This document shows, piece after piece, positions 1 to 9,192 of a stretch of 64,000 nt of DNA; positions within the stretch are counted from its first letter, which is position 1; each line of letters begins with the position of its first letter. The notes under the pieces were generated by a model. That model ran no database searches and was not told the DNA's origin. It saw nothing but the letters and a program-made list of their open reading frames with translations. The position numbers were made by a program, and so were the translations under genes. Source of the DNA: an uncultured virus (IMG/VR IMGVR_UViG_3300043099_000071) (Duplodnaviria > Heunggongvirae > Uroviricota > Caudoviricetes); IMG/VR virus record IMGVR_UViG_3300043099_000071; one strand, given 5' to 3'.

Positions 1-11
1 ATCAGCCCTAC

Positions 12-1535
12 ATGGTTCCCAAGCGGGATGCCCAAGGCAACATCGTCAAAGATGAGGCTGGCAAGCCGATCATGCAGCCGGGGCAACGTACGGCTGAATT
101 CAGTAAGCTCCAAGAGCAAGCGTTTGACAAGTTAGCAGGGGCGAAGGTATCGCCTGAACTTGGTCAGGCTGCTGATATCGCTCGGCGTGTTGGTTCCGCA
201 GCGAACTATCCTGCTTATACAGCCGCCACTGAACGACAGTTTTATACCGACCCTACGTTTGAGCGGATGGGGACTACCTTTGAGCGCGTTAATGCTGCGC
301 CGGGTACCTCGTATCAGATGCAGGGTCCGGAGAATGTCCGTGCGGCTCAACTTGAACGATTCCAAATGGCTGCTCCCGAACGTGTCGGTATCGGCGCGTT
401 GCAGCAATATCAGATGGGGCCGTATGAGCGAGTTCGTGCTGATCAGTTCGGTCTTGGCGCGGCTTCTCAATACATGTCGCCGTACATGCAGGAAGTTGTT
501 GACCGACAGAAGCAAGCCGCTGTTCGTGACTATGCTCGTCAACTTCCTTCGCTCAAGGCGGCTGGTGTTCGTGCCGGTGCATCGGGCGGTACTCGCGAGG
601 CCATTCTGGAATCAGAAGCGCGTCGTAACCTTGCTACTCAGTTGGGCGACATTCAGGCGCAGGGTAGTCAAAGTGCGTTCCAGCAAGCACAGGCTCAGTA
701 CAACGCTGACCGTGCTCGTATGCTTCAGGCTCAGCAATCTAACCAAGCCGCTGGTTTGACTACGGGACAACAAAATCTCGCTGCTCAGTTGGGCGTACAA
801 CAGTTGGGCACTCAGGCAGGTCTTCAGGCTGCGTTGGCTAATCAGCAAGCGGGTCTCACGACTGGCCAACAAAATTTGGCGGCGTTGCTTCAGACTCAGC
901 AACTTGGTGCTGGACAGGATTTGCAGGCTCAACTTGCGAACCAAGCGGCTCAACAGCAGACGGGCCAAACTAACCTTCAGGCAATAATCAACCAGCAGCA
1001 GTTTGGTGCGGGTCAGGGCTTGCAGGCGCAGCAGTTGAATCAGGCCGCGCAGCTTCAGGCTCAACAACAGGCTCTGGCTCAGTTGGCTCAGGCCAACCAG
1101 TTCAACCAGCAGAATGCGATGCAACGCGCTCAGTACGGTCTGGCCGGTGCGAACCTTGCTGAGCAGTCTCGTCAGTTTGGTGCGGGTCTTGGCTTACAGG
1201 GTCTGCAACAGCAGTTGGCTGCGGCAGGTGCCTTGGGCGGTCTCGGTATGCAGGGTTACCAGCAGGGTATGGGCATCGCTCAGGCTCAGTTGGGCGCTGG
1301 CGGTCAGCAGCAAGCATTGAATCAACAGATGCTCAATCAGCAGTACCAAGACTTCATTAACCAACAGCAGTTTCCGTACAAGCAGGCTGAGTTTGGAATG
1401 GGTATCCTCCGTGGACTCCCGGCAACAGGTCAGACTTCAACCTTTTATCAGCAGCCCGGTAGTTTGTTTGGCCAGATTGCTGGTGCTGGTGTGGGATTGG
1501 GTAGCCTGTTCGGTGGCCTCGGCCAAAGCACTTGA
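12..1535 (+). CDS. Q/A/G-rich internal virion (ejection-like) protein; 5' end lies across the circular junction (true start equivalent to 63595)
   Basis: 507-aa ORF; three 33-aa repeats (NQxAGLTTGQQNL...) at 741-1037; Gly-rich hydrophobic C-terminus; lies among large late genes. Confidence 0.65.
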   Translation: MVPKRDAQGNIVKDEAGKPIMQPGQRTAEFSKLQEQAFDKLAGAKVSPELGQAADIARRVGSAANYPAYTAATERQFYTDPTFERMGTTFERVNAAPGTSYQMQGPENVRAAQLERFQMAAPERVGIGALQQYQMGPYERVRADQFGLGAASQYMSPYMQEVVDRQKQAAVRDYARQLPSLKAAGVRAGASGGTREAILESEARRNLATQLGDIQAQGSQSAFQQAQAQYNADRARMLQAQQSNQAAGLTTGQQNLAAQLGVQQLGTQAGLQAALANQQAGLTTGQQNLAALLQTQQLGAGQDLQAQLANQAAQQQTGQTNLQAIINQQQFGAGQGLQAQQLNQAAQLQAQQQALAQLAQANQFNQQNAMQRAQYGLAGANLAEQSRQFGAGLGLQGLQQQLAAAGALGGLGMQGYQQGMGIAQAQLGAGGQQQALNQQMLNQQYQDFINQQQFPYKQAEFGMGILRGLPATGQTSTFYQQPGSLFGQIAGAGVGLGSLFGGLGQST

Positions 1536-1547
1536 TGAGGTGATCGT

Positions 1548-3230
1548 ATGATCGGTCCAGTTAGCGGCACGGGTCGTGCCATGATGTCCTCGCTTCAGCA
1601 GCAGATGCAGAAAGGTATGCCTGTTGATCAGGCTATCCAATACGTCAAAAGCATGGCGCAGGACGGTGTGGCTCCGCTTGTTGACTTGTATGCGATGCTC
1701 AATCAGTTCCAGCGACTGAAGCAACAACAGGTTCAGCCTCCGCAAACGCCGCCGACTGTGCGTGATCAGATCAGCATGATGGCGCAGCAGGGTGCTAATC
1801 CCCAGCAGGCTCAGCCGCAGCCTCAGATGCAAGGTGGTATTGCTGGATTGCAAGCCCCGGCTCCTGCTCCGCAGCCGATGGATCGTGGACTTGGCGCGAT
1901 TGACGCCGGTCGTATGGAGTATCCGAAGTTCGCTGGTGGTGGCGTGGTTGCCTTGGCCAACGGTGGTGACGTAGAAGATGAAGAAACCGGACTGGGTTCA
2001 TTCTTCACCGACATCCTGAAAGGTTTTAGTGGTGCTGCACCGCAAAGTGCGGTTCCGACCCAACGTAGAGCTAGCGATATCACACAGGCTGTTGCTGACG
2101 TTCCTGACCAAGACATCGCGGCAAGACTCCGTAATGCCATTATCAATGGTGATGAAGCATCTGCCGTCAAGTTGCAGAAGATCCTGTACGAACGTAACCG
2201 TGATGATCTGATCACCGCTACACGAGATATCACAGGCAAGGAAATGAGCAGGGCCAAGAAGGCAACTGAAACCCAGTCCGAAGTGGCTGCGCTCGGTCTT
2301 GCTAAACCCGCTCCTAGACAAACTGCCCCGGCAACGGATGAAGGCCCGGCTCGCAAGATCAAAAAGCCCAGTGGTGTGGCTGGTCCTGCTGCGGCTCCTG
2401 AAAAGCCTGAGATGACCTTGGATGAGCGCATTGCTGAGATGCGCGACCCGTTGATGAAGCGCGGTATTCTGACCAAGGATGGCAAGAGCGTAGCCACGCA
2501 AGAATTCCGTCAGTACTTGGCGGGTGAAGATGCTCGCATGAAGGAGCAGTTCGGCAAGGACAAGGCGCTGGCCTTGGCTGAAGCCGGGTTCCGCATGGCA
2601 GGTGCTGCGTCACGTCCGGGTGCTACGTTCCTCGGTGCCTTGGCAGAGGGTGGTGTGAACTACTCGCAAGCCGTGCGTGGCATGAACAAGGAACTTGAAG
2701 CCAACCGTCGTCAGATGGCACAGCAGAAATACATGCTCGACAAGGCTGATGAAGCCGATGCTCGTGGCGACGTTGATAAGGCCCTGACCTTGCGTCAGCA
2801 GGCTGAGACTCGCATGTTTGAACTTCAGAGGCACCGCGACAACCTGATGGTTGACTACGCTCAGATCAACGCTTCACGTGAGGCTACGGCTGAGAGTCGC
2901 GAGATGCGGCAGACTATTTTTGAGCAGGGGCAAAGGGCTGATGTGATCGACCGCATGAAAGAATTGCGTGACTCGGATATGGAATATGGGGCCATCACAC
3001 GCGAGATGGCCAAGGCAAATGAAAAAGACCTCCCCGCCTTGCAAGCCAAACTTGCTCAAGTTAATCAGCGTCTGTACAGCCAAGCGACGGGTGCTGACCT
3101 GCCGGGTATGGGTGAAGCGGACGTTGGCGCTGCTTCGCGTGGTGCAGCAAATCTAGGCAGTGATGACGAGTTTTTCAGAGCTATCCAAGAACGTGGGTTA
3201 TTATTAAAGCCTCTCACACCTCCTAGGTAA
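1548..3230 (+). CDS. Putative internal virion/ejection protein
   Basis: 560 aa, GAGG RBS, helical/coiled-coil composition, contains FAGGG and LANGG motifs, lies between two other internal-protein genes. Confidence 0.6.
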   Translation: MIGPVSGTGRAMMSSLQQQMQKGMPVDQAIQYVKSMAQDGVAPLVDLYAMLNQFQRLKQQQVQPPQTPPTVRDQISMMAQQGANPQQAQPQPQMQGGIAGLQAPAPAPQPMDRGLGAIDAGRMEYPKFAGGGVVALANGGDVEDEETGLGSFFTDILKGFSGAAPQSAVPTQRRASDITQAVADVPDQDIAARLRNAIINGDEASAVKLQKILYERNRDDLITATRDITGKEMSRAKKATETQSEVAALGLAKPAPRQTAPATDEGPARKIKKPSGVAGPAAAPEKPEMTLDERIAEMRDPLMKRGILTKDGKSVATQEFRQYLAGEDARMKEQFGKDKALALAEAGFRMAGAASRPGATFLGALAEGGVNYSQAVRGMNKELEANRRQMAQQKYMLDKADEADARGDVDKALTLRQQAETRMFELQRHRDNLMVDYAQINASREATAESREMRQTIFEQGQRADVIDRMKELRDSDMEYGAITREMAKANEKDLPALQAKLAQVNQRLYSQATGADLPGMGEADVGAASRGAANLGSDDEFFRAIQERGLLLKPLTPPR

Positions 3231-3235
3231 TACTC

Positions 3236-6200
3236 ATGGCGCAGTATTCTGATTTCGACCTGTTGCGGGAGGCGCGGCGCAGGGGCTACGCCCTTGACAA
3301 TGAAGACGAAATCCTTCGCCAAGAAGCACGACGCCGGGGGTTTGACATAGCGCAGGCTGGTACCGAGGGAACTTTTACTCCTGATCAGGTACAGTCTTTT
3401 ACACGAGCCTCACAAAAAGAGACGACCCCAGCTCGCACTATTTCGGGTGAAGTTTTAGAAATACTCAAAGGCATCCCGTCTGGCGCGGTGGGCTTGCTGG
3501 AGTCGGCTGCCACAGGTGCGGCTGCCATCCTGCCTGACGAAGCTGAAAAGGCGGTACGCCGACAAGTCGGTGACATCGCAGGATCACTCCGTGAGCCGTT
3601 TGAAGCTGCGGCTGGCTATGAAGAGTCAATAGGACGTAAAGCAGGTGAGGCCCTCGGGTCCACGGCACCATTTTTCGCACTCGGTCCCCTCGGCATGGCT
3701 GGCCGGTTGGGTGCTGCGGGTCTTGGCGTGGGTGCTGGAGCAGGTGAAGCTCGTGTCCGAGCCGAGCAGGAAGGGGGTATGGAGGAGCGTGGTGCAGCCA
3801 CGGCTCTTGGTGCCTTGGTCGGCGCGACTGAGGTCGTACCGGTATTCCGCTTTGCAGATCGTATTCTCAACCGCCTACCTGACCCTGAAAAAGGGTTACT
3901 CTTGGAATATGTAAAACGCGCAGCGGCGGCTGGTGGAGAAGAGTTTGCACAAGAAGCGTCAGCAAACGTCGCGCAAAACCTCATTGAAAAAGGACTCTAC
4001 AACCCCGAGCAAGATGTCTTTGAAGGCGCGGCAGAAGAAGGTGCCTACGGATTCGGGGTCGGAGCGTTCATCCAAGGGATCACTGATCTTGCCTTGGGAC
4101 GCCGTGTTCGTGGTGCTGTGGCCGAACCGGGAGGAGAGGATGAGCGTACAGGACTTGGTGCTGAACAAACTGTCGAAGGAGCAGATACAGGAGGCATTGG
4201 TTTGCCTGTATCAGGACTCGGAGCCGAGCGACTGGATGCTGAAGAGTCTGAACTCGGAGGAATGGCTGTTCCTCGCCGCGCTGCTGGACGGCTTGATGAA
4301 CGAGCGGAAGATGTACAGCCTGCACTAGAACCCGCCCGGTTCCAGATGGAGGAGCCGAGTTCTTGGTATTACTCTGCATTAAAAGATGCGACTGACAACG
4401 CCAAGGTTGAGAAGACCAAGTCTGATCAATGGCTGAATGTTCTGCGCCAGACGCAGGGTGTCAAGCAGGAAGAGATTGAAGCGACGGGGCTGGAAGACTG
4501 GCTCAAGTTGCAGGGCGACCGTACGGTCACAAAGCAAGAGATCTCAGACTACCTGAGCCAGAACGGTATTCAGGTTGAAGAGATCATGAGCCTTCCTGCT
4601 GCGTATGAAGTTTTCATGGACGGTAACCCGACCGGCGTGTCATTCCCCACACAGGAACAGGCCGAGATTTATACCTATCAGGAGGCTGAAGATAACGTTC
4701 GTGCCGCCATAAAGACGGGAGTCATTGACCCTGAAATAGACGACTCTGACCAGCAGTTCAGCATGGAACTGACGCGGTTTGACATCAAACACCCGGAAGA
4801 AACTGAAGGCGGTCCAAGGTACTCTGCGTTTCAAATCCCCGGTGGCCAAAACTACCGCGAGATTCTCCTCACGTTGCCGCAGAAACCCGGCGAAGAAACT
4901 TATCAAAGCCATAACTGGGACGAGACCCGAGGCGAGCCGATCAAAAACGTGCTTGCACATCTTCGCGTGGACGAGCGTCCTAGTCCGTTGCCGGGATTAA
5001 AAAACAATTTGTTTGTACAAGAAGTGCAGTCTGACTGGGGTCAGGAGGCACGGAAGTATGGATACAGATCAAAGGAAGACACGGAAAAAGTACAGCGACT
5101 CAGAGAAGAAGAGGAAAATTTACAGCAAGAAGAATCTACGCTTAATAACTATTATGAAGCGTACGAAATATCAAAGTCTGATTATTCTGAAAAAATACAA
5201 AAAATACGTGATAGGCAGGCAGAAGTTATAAAACAACTTGAGGAAGTATTTCCTAAAGTACCCCCTGCTCCGTTTACTGGCAAAACGGACTCGTGGCTCA
5301 ATCTCTCTTTGAAGCGCGCACTGACCTACGCGGCAGACAAGGGGTATGAGTCCATTTCTTTTGCCAAAGGCAAAGAAGTTTTTGATGCCGTGGGCGGTAA
5401 ACTTAGTGGGCAGGAAAAGTTTTACGATCAGATCCTGCCGCAAACTTTGAAAAAACTTGCTCCCAAGTTTGGTGGCAAGGTGGAGATGGTTAGTAACCGC
5501 CCGGTAATTCGAATCACACCGGAAATGCGCTCTGCCCTGCTTGGTAAGGTGCCGCTGTTTAAGATGGTTAGTCGCCCGGTCAAGGGCATCGCTGCGCCTG
5601 AAGTGCAGAAAATTGTTTCGCAACTCAGCCAAGGCTGGGCCAATAAACCCAGCATCAAGGTCGTCAATACATACAAAGACCTCCCTCCTGCGTATCGTTC
5701 AGATCAGTACAAGGGTGTGCGCGGTATGTTGCTGGGTAACGACGTGTATATCGTCGCAGCCAACGCCGGGTCTGCATCTGAGGTCAAAGCCACGCTATTC
5801 CACGAGTCGCTTGGCCACTACGGTTTGCGTCAGTTGTTTAACGATAGACTCGACAAAGCCCTCAAGGACATCTACGCCACCAACACTGCGGTGCGTAATC
5901 AAGCTGATGCATGGTTGAAGCGTAACCCCGGCGTGTATCGCGGGGCAGATCGTGTCAGCCGTGCCGTTGAAGAAGTGCTTGCTGCCAAGTCTGAGGCAGG
6001 GGTCATCAAGGAGCCGGGTATCCGAGCGGCGTTCAACCGCCTCGCTGCCATGATCCGCAAGTTCATTCGGGGCATGGGCATCCCGCTCGACTACACGAAC
6101 AACGACATCCACAACATTCTGCTTGAGTCCGCTGAGCGCGTTCGCTCTGGCCCGGTCAAGATGGCTACGCCTGATGCGAAGCCCCGGTATCAGATGTCGC

Positions 6201-8983
6201 AGTACAACCAAATCCTGACCGGCATGTTGGAGAAGAACCAACAGTTGCCTGAGTGGTCGCAAGGAGTTGGTGACGGCGTGGTGGGTGCACTGTCCACCCT
6301 TCCTGAAAACTTGCGTAGAGGTCAGTACTACGTCTACTCGATGCCGCACATGGTCGAGTTGCTTGAGCGTTACATACCTCGTATCAGGGCGATTGATCGC
6401 TACATTGGCTATCGGGCTTCGTACACGACCGACTTGATGAAGACGGCCTCGGAGAACCACGCCAAGTACAGCCGCATCGTGCAGCGCACTCCGGGTGAGT
6501 ACGACAAATTCAAAGATGTCGTGAATGACATCAACTACTTTCAGGTTCCCGTGCGCGACCAGTCCGTCAAAGATCTTCTGGATCAAGACCGCGCTACGCT
6601 GTCACCGCAGAAGCAAAAGTACTACGACATCGCCAAGAGGTTCTACGCACTGCCCGAGCAGTTCCAGAATGCCATCCTGAGTGCTGATGAGCGTAGTGGT
6701 TTGTTCGCTGACTACCGCAAGATGGGCGACAAGAAGTTCGACATCTTTGCTGATGTATACGGCGGCAAGTTGGGCATGGGCGTCATCAAGGATCTGCGTG
6801 AGCGGTTTGAAAAAGAACGTCTACCCATGTATGCCCCGTTAGTTCGCGGCGAAGGCGCACACTGGCTGTACTACGAAACGACAGATGGTCGTCAGGTCAA
6901 GCAGTCTTTTGAGAATGCGGCCAAGCGTGAGCTTGAGATCAAGCGCGTAACGGAAGAAGGTCTGGCTAAAACAGACACAATCGCCCGCTCTACCCGTGCA
7001 TCTGAGCTACGTCAAAAAGGCCCGCCGCCTGTTGGCTTCTTGGGTGAAATTGTTTCCACGTTGGAAGCAAAACTCAGTGACATGCCGGAAGCTCAGCGCA
7101 GGGAAATTGTGGACAGTGTTTATGACACGTTCCTGCAATACCTTCCGTCCAACATGCTACGGCAGGAGTTGACCAGTCGTCAGACGTTTGAAGTTGACGG
7201 CGCGATGCAGTTTGGTGTGCTCGGTGCAGACCCCGATGTCCTCGCCGTGTACGACCGCACTATGCCAAAAATGGCATATCAGTTGGGCAACCTGAAGTTC
7301 GCCCTGCCGATTGAAAACGCGATGGCAAAGGTCGTAGAGCAGGCGAAGATGTACGAGATCGCCGTCAGGGATAAAAATATTCCTGATAGGCTCAAGAACC
7401 GCAAGCTGCTCAGTCCGAAGGCAGTCTTTGATGGCGTGGAAGATATGCGCCGACGCCTCGACTTTGCCTACAACCCAAGCTACTCACCGCTGGTCAACGC
7501 AACGGCTACGGCCAACTACGTCTACAGTATCGCGGGTAACGTCTCCTCGGCACTGATCAATACAACTGTGCTTGCGATGCTGACATTCCCGTCGTTGGTC
7601 GCACAGTATGGTTTTGTCCGTTCGGCCTCTGCAATGACCCGTGCCATGAACATGTTCCTCAAGGGGGGCGTGGATGATCAAGGCAACTTCACATTTGGCA
7701 ACGCTGCAACTGGCGAACTGAAGACCTTCTTTGACTACCTTGAGAAGCGTGGCGCAATCGGTATTGCAGCGGAGCAGGAACTGCGTCAAGCCCAACGTGC
7801 CTCCGTCAGTGGCTATGAATCCACGATGGACAAGATCAATTTTGTCGCAGGTTACGTCTTCAAGAACTCGGAGCGTTTCAACCGTGAAGTGACCATGCTT
7901 GCGTCGTTCATGCTGGCACGGGAGAAAGGCAAAGGATTCCGCACGGCTGCGGAAGAAGCTATCCGGTTGAACAACAACATCAACGGTACTGTTCTGCCTG
8001 AACTTGCCTCGCGCATGTATCAGACCAATCTGGGTCGCGTGATCCTCACGTTCCGTACCTTTGCCCTGACGCAGATCATCGCCTTGTCTCGTTCGTTTGG
8101 TCGTGCGCTCAACATCGTTGACGCTACTCCGGAAGAGCGCAGCTATGCCCGTAAGCAGTTGCTTGGCATCTACGGAGCCACGTACATGGTGGCCGGTCTC
8201 AAGGGAATGCCGTTGTTTGGCGCGGCTGAAGTTCTCGCTGCTGCATTGATGGGCGATGATGACGAACCGTACGATCTGCAACAGGAAGTGCTCGACAGCG
8301 TGGGCTTGCTCGGCTTGAATGGTCCGCTCAACGCTGCCCTTCAGGTTGATATTGCTTCTAGAACTGGCTTCAACGGCATGTTGTGGCGCGATGATCCGAA
8401 GCGGCTGGCTGAACTTGGCTACCTTTTCTACGCAATCGAGCGTATCGGTGGTCCGACATTTGGTCTCGCCAACGCGCAGATACGTGGTATTGAGAACCTG
8501 TTTGCTGGCGAAGTGCAGCGTGGCTTTGAGTCGATCCTTCCTGCACCGCTACGTAACCCGCTCAAGGCGGCCCGGTATGCGACTGATGGCGCACTGACCA
8601 AGAACGGTATACCCATCGTGGACGATGTCAGTGCATGGAACTCCACCATGCAGGTCTTTGGCTTCGCCCCTGCGGAACTCGCTGCTACACAAGAACAGAT
8701 CGGTGCAACGTTTGAGATCTCGGACAAGCTCCGTAATCGTCGTACCGCCCTGCTGACAAATGCATACGCAGCCACTGAGTCGGGCGATGATCAAGCTGTG
8801 TCGGAGGCATACGATGCGATTGACAAGTTCAACGCAACCAACCCAGACCTCATGATCAGTCCGAAGTCACTCCGTGCCTCGTTCCGTGAACGCCGTCGAA
8901 GGGCAATGGAAGCCGTGAATGGCATCTACCTGCCACGCAATCTTCGTGCAGCAACAGAAGCATTGATGGCTGACCCGTACTAA
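3236..8983 (+). CDS. Large polyvalent-type internal virion protein with a zincin-like metallopeptidase motif
   Basis: 1915 aa; FHESLGHYGL followed by a downstream EE (AVEEVLA); N-terminal Gly/Ala-rich hydrophobic region; last gene of the late arm. Confidence 0.7.
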   Translation: MAQYSDFDLLREARRRGYALDNEDEILRQEARRRGFDIAQAGTEGTFTPDQVQSFTRASQKETTPARTISGEVLEILKGIPSGAVGLLESAATGAAAILPDEAEKAVRRQVGDIAGSLREPFEAAAGYEESIGRKAGEALGSTAPFFALGPLGMAGRLGAAGLGVGAGAGEARVRAEQEGGMEERGAATALGALVGATEVVPVFRFADRILNRLPDPEKGLLLEYVKRAAAAGGEEFAQEASANVAQNLIEKGLYNPEQDVFEGAAEEGAYGFGVGAFIQGITDLALGRRVRGAVAEPGGEDERTGLGAEQTVEGADTGGIGLPVSGLGAERLDAEESELGGMAVPRRAAGRLDERAEDVQPALEPARFQMEEPSSWYYSALKDATDNAKVEKTKSDQWLNVLRQTQGVKQEEIEATGLEDWLKLQGDRTVTKQEISDYLSQNGIQVEEIMSLPAAYEVFMDGNPTGVSFPTQEQAEIYTYQEAEDNVRAAIKTGVIDPEIDDSDQQFSMELTRFDIKHPEETEGGPRYSAFQIPGGQNYREILLTLPQKPGEETYQSHNWDETRGEPIKNVLAHLRVDERPSPLPGLKNNLFVQEVQSDWGQEARKYGYRSKEDTEKVQRLREEEENLQQEESTLNNYYEAYEISKSDYSEKIQKIRDRQAEVIKQLEEVFPKVPPAPFTGKTDSWLNLSLKRALTYAADKGYESISFAKGKEVFDAVGGKLSGQEKFYDQILPQTLKKLAPKFGGKVEMVSNRPVIRITPEMRSALLGKVPLFKMVSRPVKGIAAPEVQKIVSQLSQGWANKPSIKVVNTYKDLPPAYRSDQYKGVRGMLLGNDVYIVAANAGSASEVKATLFHESLGHYGLRQLFNDRLDKALKDIYATNTAVRNQADAWLKRNPGVYRGADRVSRAVEEVLAAKSEAGVIKEPGIRAAFNRLAAMIRKFIRGMGIPLDYTNNDIHNILLESAERVRSGPVKMATPDAKPRYQMSQYNQILTGMLEKNQQLPEWSQGVGDGVVGALSTLPENLRRGQYYVYSMPHMVELLERYIPRIRAIDRYIGYRASYTTDLMKTASENHAKYSRIVQRTPGEYDKFKDVVNDINYFQVPVRDQSVKDLLDQDRATLSPQKQKYYDIAKRFYALPEQFQNAILSADERSGLFADYRKMGDKKFDIFADVYGGKLGMGVIKDLRERFEKERLPMYAPLVRGEGAHWLYYETTDGRQVKQSFENAAKRELEIKRVTEEGLAKTDTIARSTRASELRQKGPPPVGFLGEIVSTLEAKLSDMPEAQRREIVDSVYDTFLQYLPSNMLRQELTSRQTFEVDGAMQFGVLGADPDVLAVYDRTMPKMAYQLGNLKFALPIENAMAKVVEQAKMYEIAVRDKNIPDRLKNRKLLSPKAVFDGVEDMRRRLDFAYNPSYSPLVNATATANYVYSIAGNVSSALINTTVLAMLTFPSLVAQYGFVRSASAMTRAMNMFLKGGVDDQGNFTFGNAATGELKTFFDYLEKRGAIGIAAEQELRQAQRASVSGYESTMDKINFVAGYVFKNSERFNREVTMLASFMLAREKGKGFRTAAEEAIRLNNNINGTVLPELASRMYQTNLGRVILTFRTFALTQIIALSRSFGRALNIVDATPEERSYARKQLLGIYGATYMVAGLKGMPLFGAAEVLAAALMGDDDEPYDLQQEVLDSVGLLGLNGPLNAALQVDIASRTGFNGMLWRDDPKRLAELGYLFYAIERIGGPTFGLANAQIRGIENLFAGEVQRGFESILPAPLRNPLKAARYATDGALTKNGIPIVDDVSAWNSTMQVFGFAPAELAATQEQIGATFEISDKLRNRRTALLTNAYAATESGDDQAVSEAYDAIDKFNATNPDLMISPKSLRASFRERRRRAMEAVNGIYLPRNLRAATEALMADPY

Positions 8984-9192
8984 CGAGTACGCCAGACCCG
9001 GATACCTATGAGACCGTCCTTGGTCGCTGGGTATGACTTGACCCGGATACCGGCTACCTTTGCACGTGTGTCCATGACATAGGTCATGTCAGCAGGACGG
9101 AGAGTCGGCAGAAAGAAACTGTCACCCACCCGCATCTGCTCAAATGGTAGCAAGTACTCAGGCTCAGTCAGTTGTCTCGGATCGACTTTCAT
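8980..9192 (-). CDS. Small putative DNA-binding phage protein
   Basis: 70 aa, LPFEQMRVGDSFFLP...GIRVWR pattern common in small phage proteins; overlaps the primase-helicase stop. Confidence 0.6.
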   Translation of the reverse strand: MKVDPRQLTEPEYLLPFEQMRVGDSFFLPTLRPADMTYVMDTRAKVAGIRVKSYPATKDGLIGIRVWRTR

